A stretch of 64,000 nucleotides of DNA, taken from positions 496,001 to 560,000 of the forward strand of contig NW_020846086.1 in NCBI RefSeq assembly GCF_003704095.1. The letters are read 5' to 3'. The translations under genes were made by a program, and so were the position numbers. Positions within the stretch are counted from its first letter, which is position 1. Each line of letters starts with the position of its first letter. Positions 1-13,337 of the stretch are shown one piece after another. Under the pieces are notes generated by a model. It worked only from the letters and a program-made list of their open reading frames with translations, ran no database searches and was not told the DNA's origin. This DNA is from Pocillopora damicornis (Eukaryota).

Positions 1-454
1 GACAACTCCCGTTTTTGCAGATCCCGGAAGGATCTACAAACAGTCAGTCTAGTGTCGCCAATTTTGCTCTGGTGCATATCCCCTGCACAGTCTGTTTGTT
101 CTTCACTAAATCATTCAAAGAAAACGCAGGGTACTTGTCATGTTACACGCAAGAAACATGCGAGGTACTTGTGATATTGTTACCAGGAACCTTGAGTCTA
201 AAACTACTATAAACGTTCTATTAAGCTACGGGGGTGGGGGGAGGATATGATGCCAGGCATTTTCTCTCACCCAGATTTAATGACTTCCGTACAGAGCATG
301 TATGTCTGGTCAAAACGCTACGATATTTTAAACGGAAAGCAGACTCCAAAAGACGTATATTTTCGTGCGCAATGCCAAAACAAATGACCATAAAACTACT
401 GTTTTAGAACTTGAGGGAGGGAGGAGACGGGAGCGTACAAGAAAATTATAAGCC

Positions 455-728
455 AGGACGGGGGTTCTAATAGATGGGGGGGAAGGGGCTCATATGAAAG
501 AGGGGCTTATTCGAGAAGGGGGGGAGGATTGTAGACAGAGAAAGTAAAAGGGGGGGGATAGAGCTTTGTTGCATAGAGATTGAATGTTAATAAATTGGGG
601 GTTCAATTCTTAGGGGGGGTTGATAGAGAGGGAGGTTTGATAGATAGTAGTGCACAGTTGGGGGGGGAGGGCGTCTAATAGAGAGAAGAGTTTAAAAGGA
701 AGGGGGCTTGTTCAATCCTTTATAGTAA
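455..728 (+). repeat. Degenerate G-rich tandem array (GGGGGCTTAATAGAGAGGG-like units)
   Basis: Repeated G-runs followed by (C/T)TAATAGA/TGATAGA with strong purine bias. Probably the remnant of a non-autonomous element. Confidence 0.55.
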
Positions 729-2505
729 CTTGAGAGGGATTACGATATTTGCGAGTTATACGCAAGGAATTTATATTGCGCGCGCTTAGAGTAAAGAAAA
801 TATTATAAACGTATACATTAGAAATTTTTTCAGCTTTGCCAGTGATATAGTGTGTGATACACTCAAGTGACCTGCTCAGTTCTTAGTAGGTTATTACGAA
901 GTAGTAGAACATAGCAGTATTGACCATTTTTACATTACATTTTTCGATAAATCCAGAGTAGCTTTCGACAAAGATTGACTGTAAATGACGTTGCTGACTA
1001 AAACGAATTTCTTGGAATCCCTAATCTATAATCAATAGCTGTTATCAGATAGTATGTTTTCACTACAGCTGTCAGAAATTGAATGTTTTGTTAAAGAGTT
1101 TGGTAAACATTTGACTGCAAAGCTTTGCTACCGTGTGATAGTAATTTAGGGTAAACTGATACCTCTAGGTAGATTCTAATCTTTCAAAGTCTTTGCAACT
1201 CCACTTTTGTTTTCCCTTTGTGTTTTTAATTTGTTAACTGAACGTTGCTATGGAGCGCTTTTCGATTGAGTCAAGAAAAACCAAAGCCACCCTAGTCACC
1301 GTAGCCGATCAGAACACAGGCTTGGGGACTGGTACAAAGCCAATGCAATCCCAGGTTTCTTTCGATGCTCACTCGAAAATTGCTCCAATGCATGTGAAAT
1401 CTGTTTTCAACAGTGTTTATCTCCCCTGTAAGTTTAACTCATTTATTCTCGTTCACTAGTAAGCTGCAAAGCTAATGATTGTGTGGTGAATGACGCCGCA
1501 ACTTAACTTTGGCGAGAGTGTAAGAAAATTTACCTTCTCCTACCGCGCGGGAAAAAGTAGCGAGTGCGTTAACATGTCCCTAAGCTAGTTTCATTTGAAT
1601 TATGATTGGCCGAGGCCAAAGTCTCTGATTTATCCAATGCACCTGGTAAAAAAAAACCAATTGATTATATACAAAGTTAAACGTGGGTTGGTTTTTACAC
1701 CACTGCATCTGGCGAAAACCCGATATCAAAATCTTAGACACCGTAAGGGTGTATTCAATTTCGAGTGTGAGGAAGTGCGAGAAGTGACTGTTTTCCACAA
1801 AATACTCAGACAAATTGAATGGTTATTTAAACTATCCATATGTGCGTTCACGCACCATTTTATGATAGTTGTAGGTTAAATAGAATGAAATCTTCAACGT
1901 TTCGATCACACTATCCAGGATCGAGAGCAGATGCAGAATTTACAAAATTTGGTAGTTTACACTGTTTTTGCAATTTAGAACCCTCCCTTGAATCATTAGC
2001 ATCTCATCGTCCATTTTCGTAAGTAGACGCGCAAATTTGTGATTGATGCAGTTTTGGCAATTTTAGTGGTATTTTGAAATTTCGATCGTTTTGTTTCTGG
2101 CCCTCCTCGGATCATATTTTTGTTTCCCAATTGTTTTGAAATGATTTTCATGTAATTTTATGCTACATATATTTTTATGAAGTAATGATATGAAGTGATT
2201 CACCTAAATAAAGTCTTGATTTTGGATAAAAAATGTATTTCAACTGGTGAGTCTTACATTTGCATCGATACTGGTGAGGGTACGAGTGTAATTTTGACTT
2301 CGAGCGATAATGATGTTATCAAGTGATTCACCCAAAGGAAACATTACTGAGTCACATTTTTAGTTAAAAACATGTATTTCAACATGCGAGTCTTACATTT
2401 GTATTGGTACTGACGTGAATGCGAGAGTAGTTTGTACCCCGCGCGTTATCCCAAAATTCTGCTTAAGAGCGAGAAAGAAGCGTAACTGGTCCTGGGCTGT
2501 GACAC

Positions 2506-2717
2506 TTAACCCTGTCCACCCTAACATCAGTATGCATATTCTCCATACTGTTCTTTATACATTTCCTAAGGTGCTGACAAGGAGAATTTGTTTCAAATGC
2601 AAGGGCTTTTTAAGTTGGTGATTATTTCCCTTATTCTCGAGACCTCAATGTTTGATTCAGAGGTGATATTGTGAGGAGAAATTAGATGCAAGTCACTCTT
2701 AGGGTGCTGAGGGTTAA
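2506..2717. mobile_element. piggyBac-type MITE, same family as 62089-62300 in the opposite orientation
   Basis: TTAACCCT...AGGGTTAA ends. Interior matches the reverse complement of 62093-62296 (e.g. AAGGTGCTGACAAGGAGAATTTG). Confidence 0.78.
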
Positions 2718-3333
2718 AGGGAAGATTGGAATCGCGTGAGTTATAAATTTCTCTTCATGTAATTACTGCAAACAATTTGAATTTGATCTGTCACCTTCTA
2801 AATACTGAAGATAGACTGATACAATATGATCTCCGATACTGCCTACTATTCTTTACTTCTTCATTGTTTTCAAGCTTTTTCCTTGACTTTACTGCACTTG
2901 AAATTGTCTCAAAGTTGTGAACGTCAATTTCGCAACGCTTTGAAATATTTAACTAAAATTCTAATGGTCTGTCATCGGTTGTTCGAATTTTGGATAACGT
3001 TATTACTGGATAAATTCGCTATCCAGTGGATAGCGCAGTACGTTATGTTAGCAGTTATCCGCTGAATAGCGATTTACCCTTTGGATAGCGTTACCCACCC
3101 TTTGAATAACTGGGCTCTGAACGGCACACAACCAGGGAGACTAAGAAAGTTAGAACCTGGACTGTAAGGATACATGATAGAAACTGATTTAAAAACTAGA
3201 GATAACACCACTCCAACTGTATCTTAGTTCTAAAAAAAAATAATTTTTTTGACCGGCGAAGGCACAATTGAATTAATAAATGTAATTAACAAAAAAAGAA
3301 TTAAAAAACATCCTAAAATTGAAATATCCCTTG

Positions 3334-4994
3334 TTATAACACGTCAGAATGACTACTTTTACTTCTGTCCTCTTCTGGGTAAGCTGAGAACCTCCACTTC
3401 TGTGTTTGCCGGTTGTCACATTTCCGTACGACTAGGCCATCCCCTTCAATATCTAAGCAAACGTCGTGTAGTACGTGACGAATTTTCCCATCCTGCCGGA
3501 GAAGACACATGACAGAAAAATAAGTTTCACTCTCTAGACGACGCCCGAAAATGAGCCAGATTTTTCGCCGTAATTGCCGTGAAATAATATACAGTTTTGG
3601 GGCAAAATCCTTTGAGTAAATACCACTCATTTTCAAACAATTTTTTTAATGCCGCCAACTTGGACTAGAAAGGATAAATAAAAATTAACCTTTCAACCAA
3701 TAACAGTAAAATTATGACATTATTTCCATGAGCTCTATCTTTAATGTCTCAACCAATAAGAATTCGCTAGTTCTAGTCTCCCCCGTGGAGGTGCGCATGG
3801 TCAGAAGTCAGTCAAGCTCAGTCATCTCTACGGTGCAATTAATTTTACTCTCCCATACCAAAGCAGCCTAAGACATTGTTCTCGGCCATCACTAGAAACA
3901 GTGACTCACCCGATCATGTTCCCACTTTTGGTTTCCACCAAGTCTGTGACAATTGTATAGCTTAACTTTGGTGTTGGAGTCACCATTAACCAGATCCAAG
4001 CACAGATCATCATGCCAAAACTCATTCTTCTTCGTGTACATGAAAAACTGAAAAAAATGGTGGCTCATTATTGGTAACAGGTATTTAAATCTGAACCTAA
4101 TATATGGCCGACAGCTCGCTAAGGATAAGCTGAGATGCTTGGGACTGCGATCGCTCAAAAATCGTTAGCAATTAACGTCAACTAGGGGTGATATAATGAC
4201 AATGAAAATTTTAAAAAGTTGACCGCAAAATGTAGGGGAATCCGTTTCTTTTGGCAGAACATCGCTTGTATGCCTTAATTGGAGGATGTCAAGTGGTAAT
4301 TACTTGTAAGGCGCTCAAGAATACTGAGGCGCTTGACTCTTCACTTGCTCGCGTCTTTTCAGATGGCTTATACGAACTTACCTAAGCCCCACGCAGTTTA
4401 TTTTTGTGTCTGCGTGCGCCTTGAAGCGTCGAGCGAAGAAGCCACGAAGGTTTTGGGACGGATAATAGTAATTGAATAACCACTTGAGGCTTCGCCTCTC
4501 ATCGCATTGAAGCGCACAGAGAACCAAAAGGTACGCAAGCTAGCAGGAGATTCGTCAGTGATCTATTAATACCCGTATGTACATGCCTACCTGGTTATTT
4601 CCCATGCCATGGCACATGTACATGCCGGGTTCGCCGCCTGGCTCATTTTTCGCTAACGTATCTAAGCACTGGTCAGTACCAAGATTACGGACCTACAAGT
4701 CAATACAAGTCAGAGTTAAAAAGAGAGTAAAAAAAAACGTGGTGGCTAAAAAAAAAGTGCCAGGCTAAGGCTAAGGAGGCTAAGGCCAGTCTGGCCAATT
4801 ACAAAATAAAAAAAATCGTTTTCTGCGATTATGGAAACAAAATATCGACAAGCAAACGAGTATCCAAACAAAGAAATGTTTAGCAGGTAAATTAGTGTTA
4901 ACAACTGAGTTGACAACGTAAATTAGCCACCGTAAAGGGTAAAAAAGCTGACGTTTCGAGCGTTAGCCCCTTGTCAGAATCGCTCTGACAAATA

Positions 4995-5039
<45 letters not shown>

Positions 5040-8000
5040 TTTATTCAAAGAAATGTTTAGGATGCACTCTCACCTCCCCTCTACCGTGCGGGTACATATC
5101 CGGGATGTCCAATTCTGGGATCACGTTCTGCAAATACCACTTGAAGTTCTTACATTTAAGTTTTTCTCTAAGGGCCTTTCTCTCGGACACGTCTCCATAA
5201 GATCTGTCCTTGAGCTGCGGTCTCATAGCGTAAAAGATTTGTTTGTATTCATCCATCCAGACCTCAGCCAATCTCATGTTATTCTTGTCAATTGCTCCTT
5301 CTCCAATCTTGTATGGCTGACTCTCTCTGAACACGTGACCGACCTTGGAGCACGGGAGAATTTCGAGAGATCCTCCGCACATCCAGATCTAATAATAAAA
5401 CCGGAAGTTAGAGTCCACAGTCAAAAATTTCTAAATTCTCGAAATCAAGTGAAATTATATTGTCATTCTAGCATCATCGATTTACATTAAAAAACGGTAA
5501 CAACAATGGTCTCTAACGCCCTCAAACGACCCCACCTCTCATTCTCATGGTAATACTACCCTCCCCTTCTCATGCAAACGATCTCGGAATTTAGCAAGGA
5601 TGATGTAATTGAAGATGATATATTTTGAGGCTGGGGTTCTAAGTGCCGGACGATGATATTTTTAAAATGACACAAGCATACTCAGAGAAAAAGAACTCCG
5701 AGTGCTCTCATTAGGTGTCGAACCTACAACTTTCCGATGAGTACTTCGGATACTCTACCGAGGAGCTAATGAAGACCTGTGTTCGCCTAGGCCGTTTTAC
5801 AAGGTCCATGGTGACAAACTTCCTGCATACTGCTGGGATAAGAATGTAGATAGCGTCGCTTATGCGAAATTAATAAGTAAATGAAGATGGTTAAATTTCA
5901 AGCGTGGTGATTTAAGTGAAGGATGACGTCTTTCCACTGAATGACATTTGCATCGATGGTGTACAATATTGAGAGAAGGGAAGGCTCTCACTTCGCTAGA
6001 TTTATAGTGGAATAATAGTGATATAACTCAGTAAATAAGTAAGTAATAATAGCAAATAATAGCATCCATCTTGTCATTGTCGCTTATTGCATGTTTAAAA
6101 TGAGGCATATTTCACCGAATCGCGACACTAAGGTAATGTCTGCATACACGTCAAACTTGCGTAGCTGCGAGAAGTTATCACGGCTTCTGTGGCATGAAAC
6201 GATTTGAACAATGTGCTTCACTTCTGAGAGGAGACACTAGTTCAATGCAGATAAATTTGCATTTTTAAGGCTTCCCTGGCAGTTCGCCGTTACTCATTTA
6301 TACTCCTGGCTGGGGCACTGCAGCAGAGAGTAAAGTGTTCTATCCAAGAACAATACTCAATAACACGTGGTAGAGTACCCAGACCTCTGGAGCGTAACAA
6401 CCACTGGGTAACCGCCCTTCTTACACACCGTTTCAAACCAAAATAATCGTTAAGATTTTCTCTGTTTATTTTTTTTCTTTTGTCGTAAAAGAGGTTTACA
6501 TGTTGGTCAGAGTAAACCGAACTTACCCGAAAGGACATCTCTACGTTTTCTCCTCCCCAGTAAGACATTTCAGTATCATATGAACCAATTTCATAGAAAT
6601 ACGTTCTGTCGATTGCGAACAACCCACCAGCCATTGTAGGTGACCTGCGGAAAACATGAAGTTAAAAAAAATATCCAAGAAGACAATCACAATGGAGAAT
6701 TATGTTCTTTATGACGAAGCATGAACATTTGACATCGTCGCCTGAGGGGGCTGTAAATATGCAGAAGGAATATCGCGATGCAGATGTGAAGAGACTACGT
6801 CGTGGGACTAAAGATAAACTCAGATTACTATTTTGTAGTATACATGTACGTAAAAGGATGGAAAACACAAATCTCCAACTTTCTCGTAGAGCAGTGTAGA
6901 AAAATCTCACGCAAGCAGACAACCACGAGACGGGATGAAGTGCCCACCTTCATGTACTTGGCTATAATATAATGTGATGACAATCAAGACGGCAATGATG
7001 AATAAAGTAAGTTAAGTCTACACACGAGATAATTGACCTGAGCTGAACTCGGTTTCCGCATCATTGAGAATCCAGGAGCACACTCTGTAAAGGATGCCAG
7101 CCCATCACATTTTCCCGCCGCCGCACATTTTCCCCCAACTCCACCCCAAGCCCCCATCCTTCAAACAAACACAGATAAACACCTCCCCTCCTGGATTTTA
7201 AAAAGGTCTCCCTGATTATTGGAGTAATGACGACACTAAAAAATAAGGTTTCACTTGCCTGATAGGATCAGCATCACTGTTGCGTCGTTCCCTCTCATAG
7301 TCTGGCAATGCCCTCCACTTGAAAGTCAACTCCCAATTAAAGACCCCTCGATTGTAGCCTCCTTTACCCTTAGCATAAGAAAACGTTCTTAAATCGATAA
7401 CCTCGATATCTGGGGTAACGACAATAGTCCTGTCATGTGCAATCCTTGCAAGCAGCGGTTCCAACCAACCGTAGTTAGCCTCGCAATGGGAATCAAGAAA
7501 GACGAGGACATCGCCTTTAGCTTGTTTGGCGCCAATCAGCCGGGCGCGTATTAAACCTTGTCTGGTCTCTGCTCTAGTGAGTTGCACTTTGGGAAACTGT
7601 TGGATGTACGAACTCAGTTTTTCGTTGAGATGAGCTGAAAAAAGAAAGAATAAAAATTGGGAAACGAAATGAAACGAACAGCAATATACGTACCAATTTA
7701 CATGTAATAATCTTGCAAGAGTTTCTCTAGAGCTTAAAAAGCAGAAACTTCCGTGGTGCATACCATAGTCTAACCTGTATTAAGCAGCACCGTATTGAGC
7801 GGTCAGTTGTCTAAGTCCCGAATTTTTTTCCCATTTAGTTTTCTAATTTTCACTTGTATTGAGCGGTTACCAAAAATGGATTATAAACTGAGTTTATAAT
7901 CTATTGGTAGTCACCTCTATTAAGCGGTCGTAGTCACCTCTGACCCAAGTCCCAACGGCCTGCTGGTATTGTCTTTCATCTGTATTGAACGGTCACTTCA

Positions 8001-11000
8001 AGCGGAACCACTCAAATAATCTAAGATTAATCTCTTGTGCCAAATTATTTCCATGTTTATCTCCCTAAATCGATGTTAGCACTTTTGAGTTCAAACATCC
8101 TCAAAGTTTTGCAGATTATCTTTCTTCTTTGGACCGTTACGACAAATATTACGCACAAACGTTACGCAAGTCATTTGCTGGTCAACCTGCAGTCAACGGT
8201 CATTCCGCCATTCCCTTTTGGTGACCGCTTGATACAGGTTCGTCTGTAACAAGTTAGGTGGGTTTACACATTCAAATAGCGGACGAAAAAATATTTATGA
8301 GAATATATAGGAAATAAAACCAGAGTAAGTTTTGAAATTGAGATGCAGTGCATTAATTTCCAAAAATAAAAATCGGAATTGAGTTAAAGCAAAAGCTACT
8401 TAATTGAATCGCAGCGGGTTGTAATCGCGCGAGGGAAACGTAATTGCTTTGCCTCCTTGTTTGACTTTTTTCCGTTTATTTGTTCAGTTTTTCAGTTCAA
8501 AACACATTTACAACCAATTTCATTTTTCTTTGGTTAAAGGTCCTCTTATCTAGCTATCGAGCAGGAATATTTCGAGAATGCTTGGGAGATATTCAACAGA
8601 AAAAGGTTTTTCTTTGATACTCAAGAGAAACAGTAGTGATTTCTTTTACTAGACTCGAAACACCTGCTGGTATAAAACAAACATCTCACCAGGTGTTGAA
8701 CAATATCTTAAATTGTATAGAGTCGTCAAGTCTGTCACAACCACATTTGCGCTGAATCATTATAGGCACGCTTGTTTAACTTAACACTGGAGAAAAGTTT
8801 ATTTGATAAACTACACCAAATCAATCGCGATGGCATGAGACGATTTCAAATTTCTTTTTCTCCTTTTTTTTTCGTTTTCAACTTTTGACATGGGCCAGTT
8901 CTAACAAATTGATCGACACTGCTAGACACACGCTCTAAAAATTATTTAACCGCCAGGTTAAAATCGATTTCCGAAAAGAATCACAACATGGCTCCGAACA
9001 GTTGACAATTTTACATAAGTTTGCATTATGGGAGATTTCCATTTGTAAAATATGTTGAATTTGCGACGGGATATCTTTGTCAGTTTTTAACTAATTACCC
9101 TTAAACTTAAGAGGTGCACTGCTTTAAGACAGTTTTACCGGAACTGTCCATAAAATTTCGCCCTATGGTCCATATTAGTACAAAAAAAAACAAAAAAAAA
9201 AGAGAAAAGAAAATTGGAAGGGTCTATCAATATCGCCACAGGAAATCAGCTGAAACCTGCGTCACGGCCAGCAAAATATTCATGTTGGTCAGTGTTTGTC
9301 GACTATTTTTTAATGTTTGGCACATTTCACCACCATATGCCGGTATGTAAATATCATTTTTCTATATCTCACGTTGAAAGCTTTTAAGTTCTGTTTGACT
9401 GAAAAAAAAAAAAAAAACAGCAAACAAACACGGCAAAACAAAGGATTTATCTCTGTGCTTGGACAGCAGCCTTCGGCTTTATACACCTGAAAGACTAAGC
9501 ACAGCTTCAAACAGTTTCCTGCTGAGTTGGTAGCGACAATTTAAACTGCCATTCGCGATAAAGAGGGGATAATATAAATCTTCTTTTCGCAATTTTCCTT
9601 GGGAAATTAGTTCTTTCCTCGGGAAATTAGTTCTTTCCTCAGGGGTAATCACACTTGAGAGACAAGTCGCAGCTCGCCCTGGACGACAATTTGTTTCGTA
9701 AGACACTGGAATTTAAGAAAAAAGCTTTGTGCCTTCGACAGAATATTCTCCTTGTCATGAAAAGTCTCACAAATTTAGACCAGCTGGTCTGAATTTGTGC
9801 GATGATGACTGCCTCAGAACTACCAGCAGCGACATGTTTTAGGAGCATTATGAACGAAGCAGTTTGTGAGAGAGACCTGTCGCAGTCACTTCCAACCTCA
9901 TTCTTCATTATTTAAAGATTTAGAGATACATCTCCTCCCCCCCGTACATTCCCCAAGGAAAGGCCCTTAGAGTAACAAATGGTGCCCTTGAAGGGGGGGG
10001 AGGGGATAAAAACCACTTACCATATCCTTCGAAATTACTGTGATCATCAACCAAAATTATTTCTTTTAAATATTCTTGCGGAGATCGCGCTAAAACTGTG
10101 TGTACTGTCCGTAGAAGAGTCGACCACGCCTCATTGTGAAAGATAATAACAACACTAGCAGTGGGAAGTTTTGTCGGGTACTTCAGACTAAGGCACCTGT
10201 CAATATGGAAAACAATTCGCAAGTCCATTAGCTTCGTGGCGTGACACGACTTAAAATTTGCATAGTCATTGTCGTTCCCTTCAATTCCTCGTTTGGAAAA
10301 CTACTGCTTCAAAAATCTGCAGGGAATGATTTCATTCACATCCAACTTAACTCGGTTAACCGTGTGTCAAATGAAGCTTAAAAACATTTTCGCTTAAAAA
10401 ATGAGACTCGAAACAACGCTAGTAAAATATAAAAGAGCCATAAGCTTAAGCGCAATAATGAAGATCGACTCTCATGATTTTTTTAAAGTGAAATATTGAT
10501 ACTCCTAGGCTCGTGAAGGAGTGCTATCTAATTTCTTCGCTTCTGAATAAGACGAGTTTCGTTCTTCATCGTCCTGTTGTTTTCTTGTATTTTGTCTTCG
10601 ATCTGTGAAAACCACCAGCAAAGTGAGTTGGACGGCAAACTTGTTTATATTGCAAATCGATAACAAACTTCCCCAGATTCATTTAACGCAAAAATATATT
10701 TTAACTTCAACATTAGCACCACAATATTCGAATACGGCAAATTATCTTAAGGTTAATATAATGCATTTTTTCAAAATCGGCTATTTGATCTTTTATCACC
10801 GTAAAAACCGGTTGATAAATATTTGATTCCGCCATCAATTTCTTGGCCGAGCGAGCCATATAAACACAAAGCTGTGAAGTGACTTCGCCGCTGGAAGAGT
10901 CAAAACTGCAATGGAAACTAAGAAATGTAATCACTCGGAGAGCGGACTTTCCAAAACTACTTAGTGATAGAAATAACATTAATACAAATAGTAACTTGGA

Positions 11001-11417
11001 TACTTACTTCTCTGGTCGATTATCAGGAATGGATCTTTCCAACGAAATCTTACTGCTTGCCAATTCATTGAAACTATACTTTTTATATCCCTCTTTTTCC
11101 TGGCTTATTTGAGCTGGGTCATCCTGATCATTGTGAACTGCTTCTCCTCTCTCTCCTGGTCCTCTAGGATTTGGGGGAATGAGCGTAACGTACACAGATT
11201 TAAATTCTTTGATTGAAGCCTCTGAAGATTCGAAAGTAATCGAAGCAGTTCTCCTTGAATCAGGGAATTGATTTATATCTGCTTGAGAGAGTTCGACATT
11301 GGTGTAGCTAAGTAGTATCAACTCTACAATCAACCAAAACGCCGAGGTGAAGAAAATCGTCACGACCACATATCTTCTCCTGGTTGAATAAATCATTGCT
11401 ACGAGCGACCATTTCAT
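3334..11417 (-). CDS. Polypeptide N-acetylgalactosaminyltransferase (GALNT family, GT27 plus C-terminal ricin lectin), ~597 aa, 8 exons
   Basis: Exons (minus): 11417-11008, 10196-10021, 7634-7259, 6644-6527, 5388-5074, 4692-4591, 4047-3910, 3492-3334. Phases agree and total 1794 nt. Type II TM ([11 protein letters not shown]), [42 protein letters not shown] (DxH), [29 protein letters not shown], ricin CLD...CHxxGGNQ repeats. Alternative start ATG at 11396. Paralog identity not assignable. Confidence 0.95.
4884..5045. mobile_element. Short Penelope-derived element with degenerate minimal hammerhead ribozyme motif
   Basis: 15-bp direct repeat CAAAGAAATGTTTAG at 4869-4883 and 5046-5060 (TSD). 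Minus strand 4979-4947 reads TTCTGACAAGGGGCTAACGCTCGAAACGTCAGC. Shares its ends with the 59280-59710 element. Confidence 0.75.
5652..5946 (-). repeat. tRNA-containing ~270-bp repeat unit (SINE-like)
   Basis: Minus strand A-box-like TAGCTCCTCGGTAGAG from 5768 and B-box GGTTCGACACC at 5724-5714. Homologous to the units at 29086-29535. Confidence 0.7.
6140..6420 (-). mobile_element. Old tRNA-derived SINE copy
   Basis: Minus strand has a decayed tRNA-like head followed by TGTTCTTGGATAGAACACTTTACTCT...CCAGGAGTATAAATGAGTA, which I recognise as a common marine-invertebrate SINE core. Confidence 0.5.
7766..8246. mobile_element. Tc1/mariner-pogo-type MITE in GALNT intron 2
   Basis: Imperfect TIRs AGTCTAACCTGTATTAAGC...GCTTGATACAGGTTCGTCTG followed by TA, with internal repeats of TATT(A/G)AGCGGTC. 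A truncated second copy lies at ~63343-63515. Confidence 0.65.
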
Positions 11418-12579
11418 TCGCGAAGCGTAGTTCTGCTTGCGTGAACAGCCAGAAAGCGGACAAATTCTCACGGAAGAGTGAATTTGAGATCAAGCACTCA
11501 CTAAATTGCTCTTTAAAATCTTGAAAAATTTACAGTCGAACGAAAATGTACGAATGGGGTCATTTTCCTTCTTCTTTACCCCTGTCAAGTCATTGCTTGT
11601 GGCGCACTGATATACTGGAGCGAACAATCTGAACTGACAGCCGCTCATTTTACGCCAGAATGATTCCTTTTGTGTGTAACACTCAAGCTACTTCCGGTTT
11701 TACGACTAAATGGGAATCCCCAATATCGTCAGGGAAACAGCTAGATCATCGACAATTTCGAATGAACATAAGGGAAATCTAAGTACTTATCCTGATGAAT
11801 CAATTTGGCTCAGAAAGAATGGCAAGCGTAGCAATCATGGACATTGCCTAAGGCAAAACGTCACGACAGTACTGCCATGCCACCATTGTCACATCACACA
11901 ACAAAGAAACTATTATGACAAAAGCGAAAGGAAATGCTACTGTTACAATAGCGTACAATCAAGCCTTTATTATTAGCGCTTCGGCACGAGCGTTTATTTC
12001 CTGAGCAAAGGTCTGTCAGGAGTGAAGCACTATTAGTGCCAGACCCCTGCAAACCTCCTCTCGATGTCTCAACTCTTCCCGGGGAGCGGGAGAGCAAAGA
12101 AACGCTCGCTTTACAGCGGCCTGCTCCCAGGCTATGTGGACTGACTTAGAGAACGATTTCTATTTTTTTTAACTAAGGATTTCACCGAAGATTTGAGCCC
12201 ATTTATTTGCGGCTGAAGCACTGTGGAAGTGAAGCAAAACTCCTTGGATTTTTCTTGCGCAACGAGTGAAGTATTTACGAATTTTAAGACTTAATTTGCA
12301 CACTTAAAATGGAAATTCGGAAATCTAAAAATTCTCCAACGTAGTATCACACCCAGCCCGATTTGTGTAGGAAAGAACATGATTTCAAGTGCAATTACTG
12401 GCAATTTTGTGTTAATAAGCAAGAGGGAATTTTTCCAAAGACAATAAAATCTGCACGAGCTCGTAGGGCGCGCACACGACGCGTACTTACACAGGCATGA
12501 CGTGTGCACTGTCCTCTTAGTGCTCAAATTGAGCTGGTGATTACTAATCACGTTCGAAAACTGTGTTATAGTTTTGATT

Positions 12580-13337
12580 AATAATTATGATAGGACCAAG
12601 TGGAGTCCAGTCGGTCTGTAATCATACGAGTGATTAACAAAATTGGACGACTGCGAAGCGGAGGTCCGGTTTGTTAATCACGAGTATGATTACAGACTTG
12701 GACGACAAGAAGTCCTGTTACCAATTAATCATAACCATTACGATTTCCAAAAAAAATAAATACACCTAGAAAAAATATCTCCAGTGAAGACAATATCTTC
12801 AGTTAAAAATTCCTCAATTTTGTAAATTCCCCAGTTTTACTTTGGATAAGTGGTTGTTGCTATGGTTATTTTGATCATTTCTGTGATTGGTGGATTAGCT
12901 GACTGGACTTTGTATGATTGGCTGCTTCAACTGTCCGATTACAGCCAACTGTCCGATTACTCTATCCGATAACACTGTCCGACTGCAACTGTACAGCATG
13001 ATAAGTGAAAAATGAAGCTGTAAATGCACTAATAACATTTTAGGAATTTGTAATGATTATGATTAATGAAAAATGTAACAAAATCTTTTGATTATCACCA
13101 GCCCGATATGAGCGTTGATAGGTCCGTGTACGCGTCGTGCTTGTCATTGGACAGTGTAACAGGACAGTTAAAGGGTCAGTTAACGCGTCGTGCCTGTGTA
13201 AGTGGACAGAACGCGTTATGTGCGTGCGCTGTTCTCATATTTCATATTTGTAGGATAGCATTATCCGCCCTTTATACAACTGGGCCCAGTACGATAACAG
13301 ACCAAATTGGACTCCTCTTAGTCCTATTACCATTATT
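12580..13337. mobile_element. Non-autonomous inverted-repeat element with internal hairpins
   Basis: ~48-bp imperfect TIRs (AATAATTATGATAGGACCAAGTGGAGTCCAG... / ...TTGGACTCCTCTTAGTCCTATTACCATTATT), an internal 27-bp-arm hairpin at 12614-12697, and a CTGTCCGATTAC-type subrepeat at ~12930-12985. Confidence 0.65.

Noticed and set aside
1-212. Possible exon at the window edge
   Set aside because: Too short and no recognisable protein in any frame.
9479-9908. Two overlapping minus-strand ORFs in GALNT intron 2 that could be a decayed gene
   Set aside because: No motif I can identify with confidence, and a 20-bp tandem duplication at 9601-9640 contributes to the frame. It would need BLASTX.
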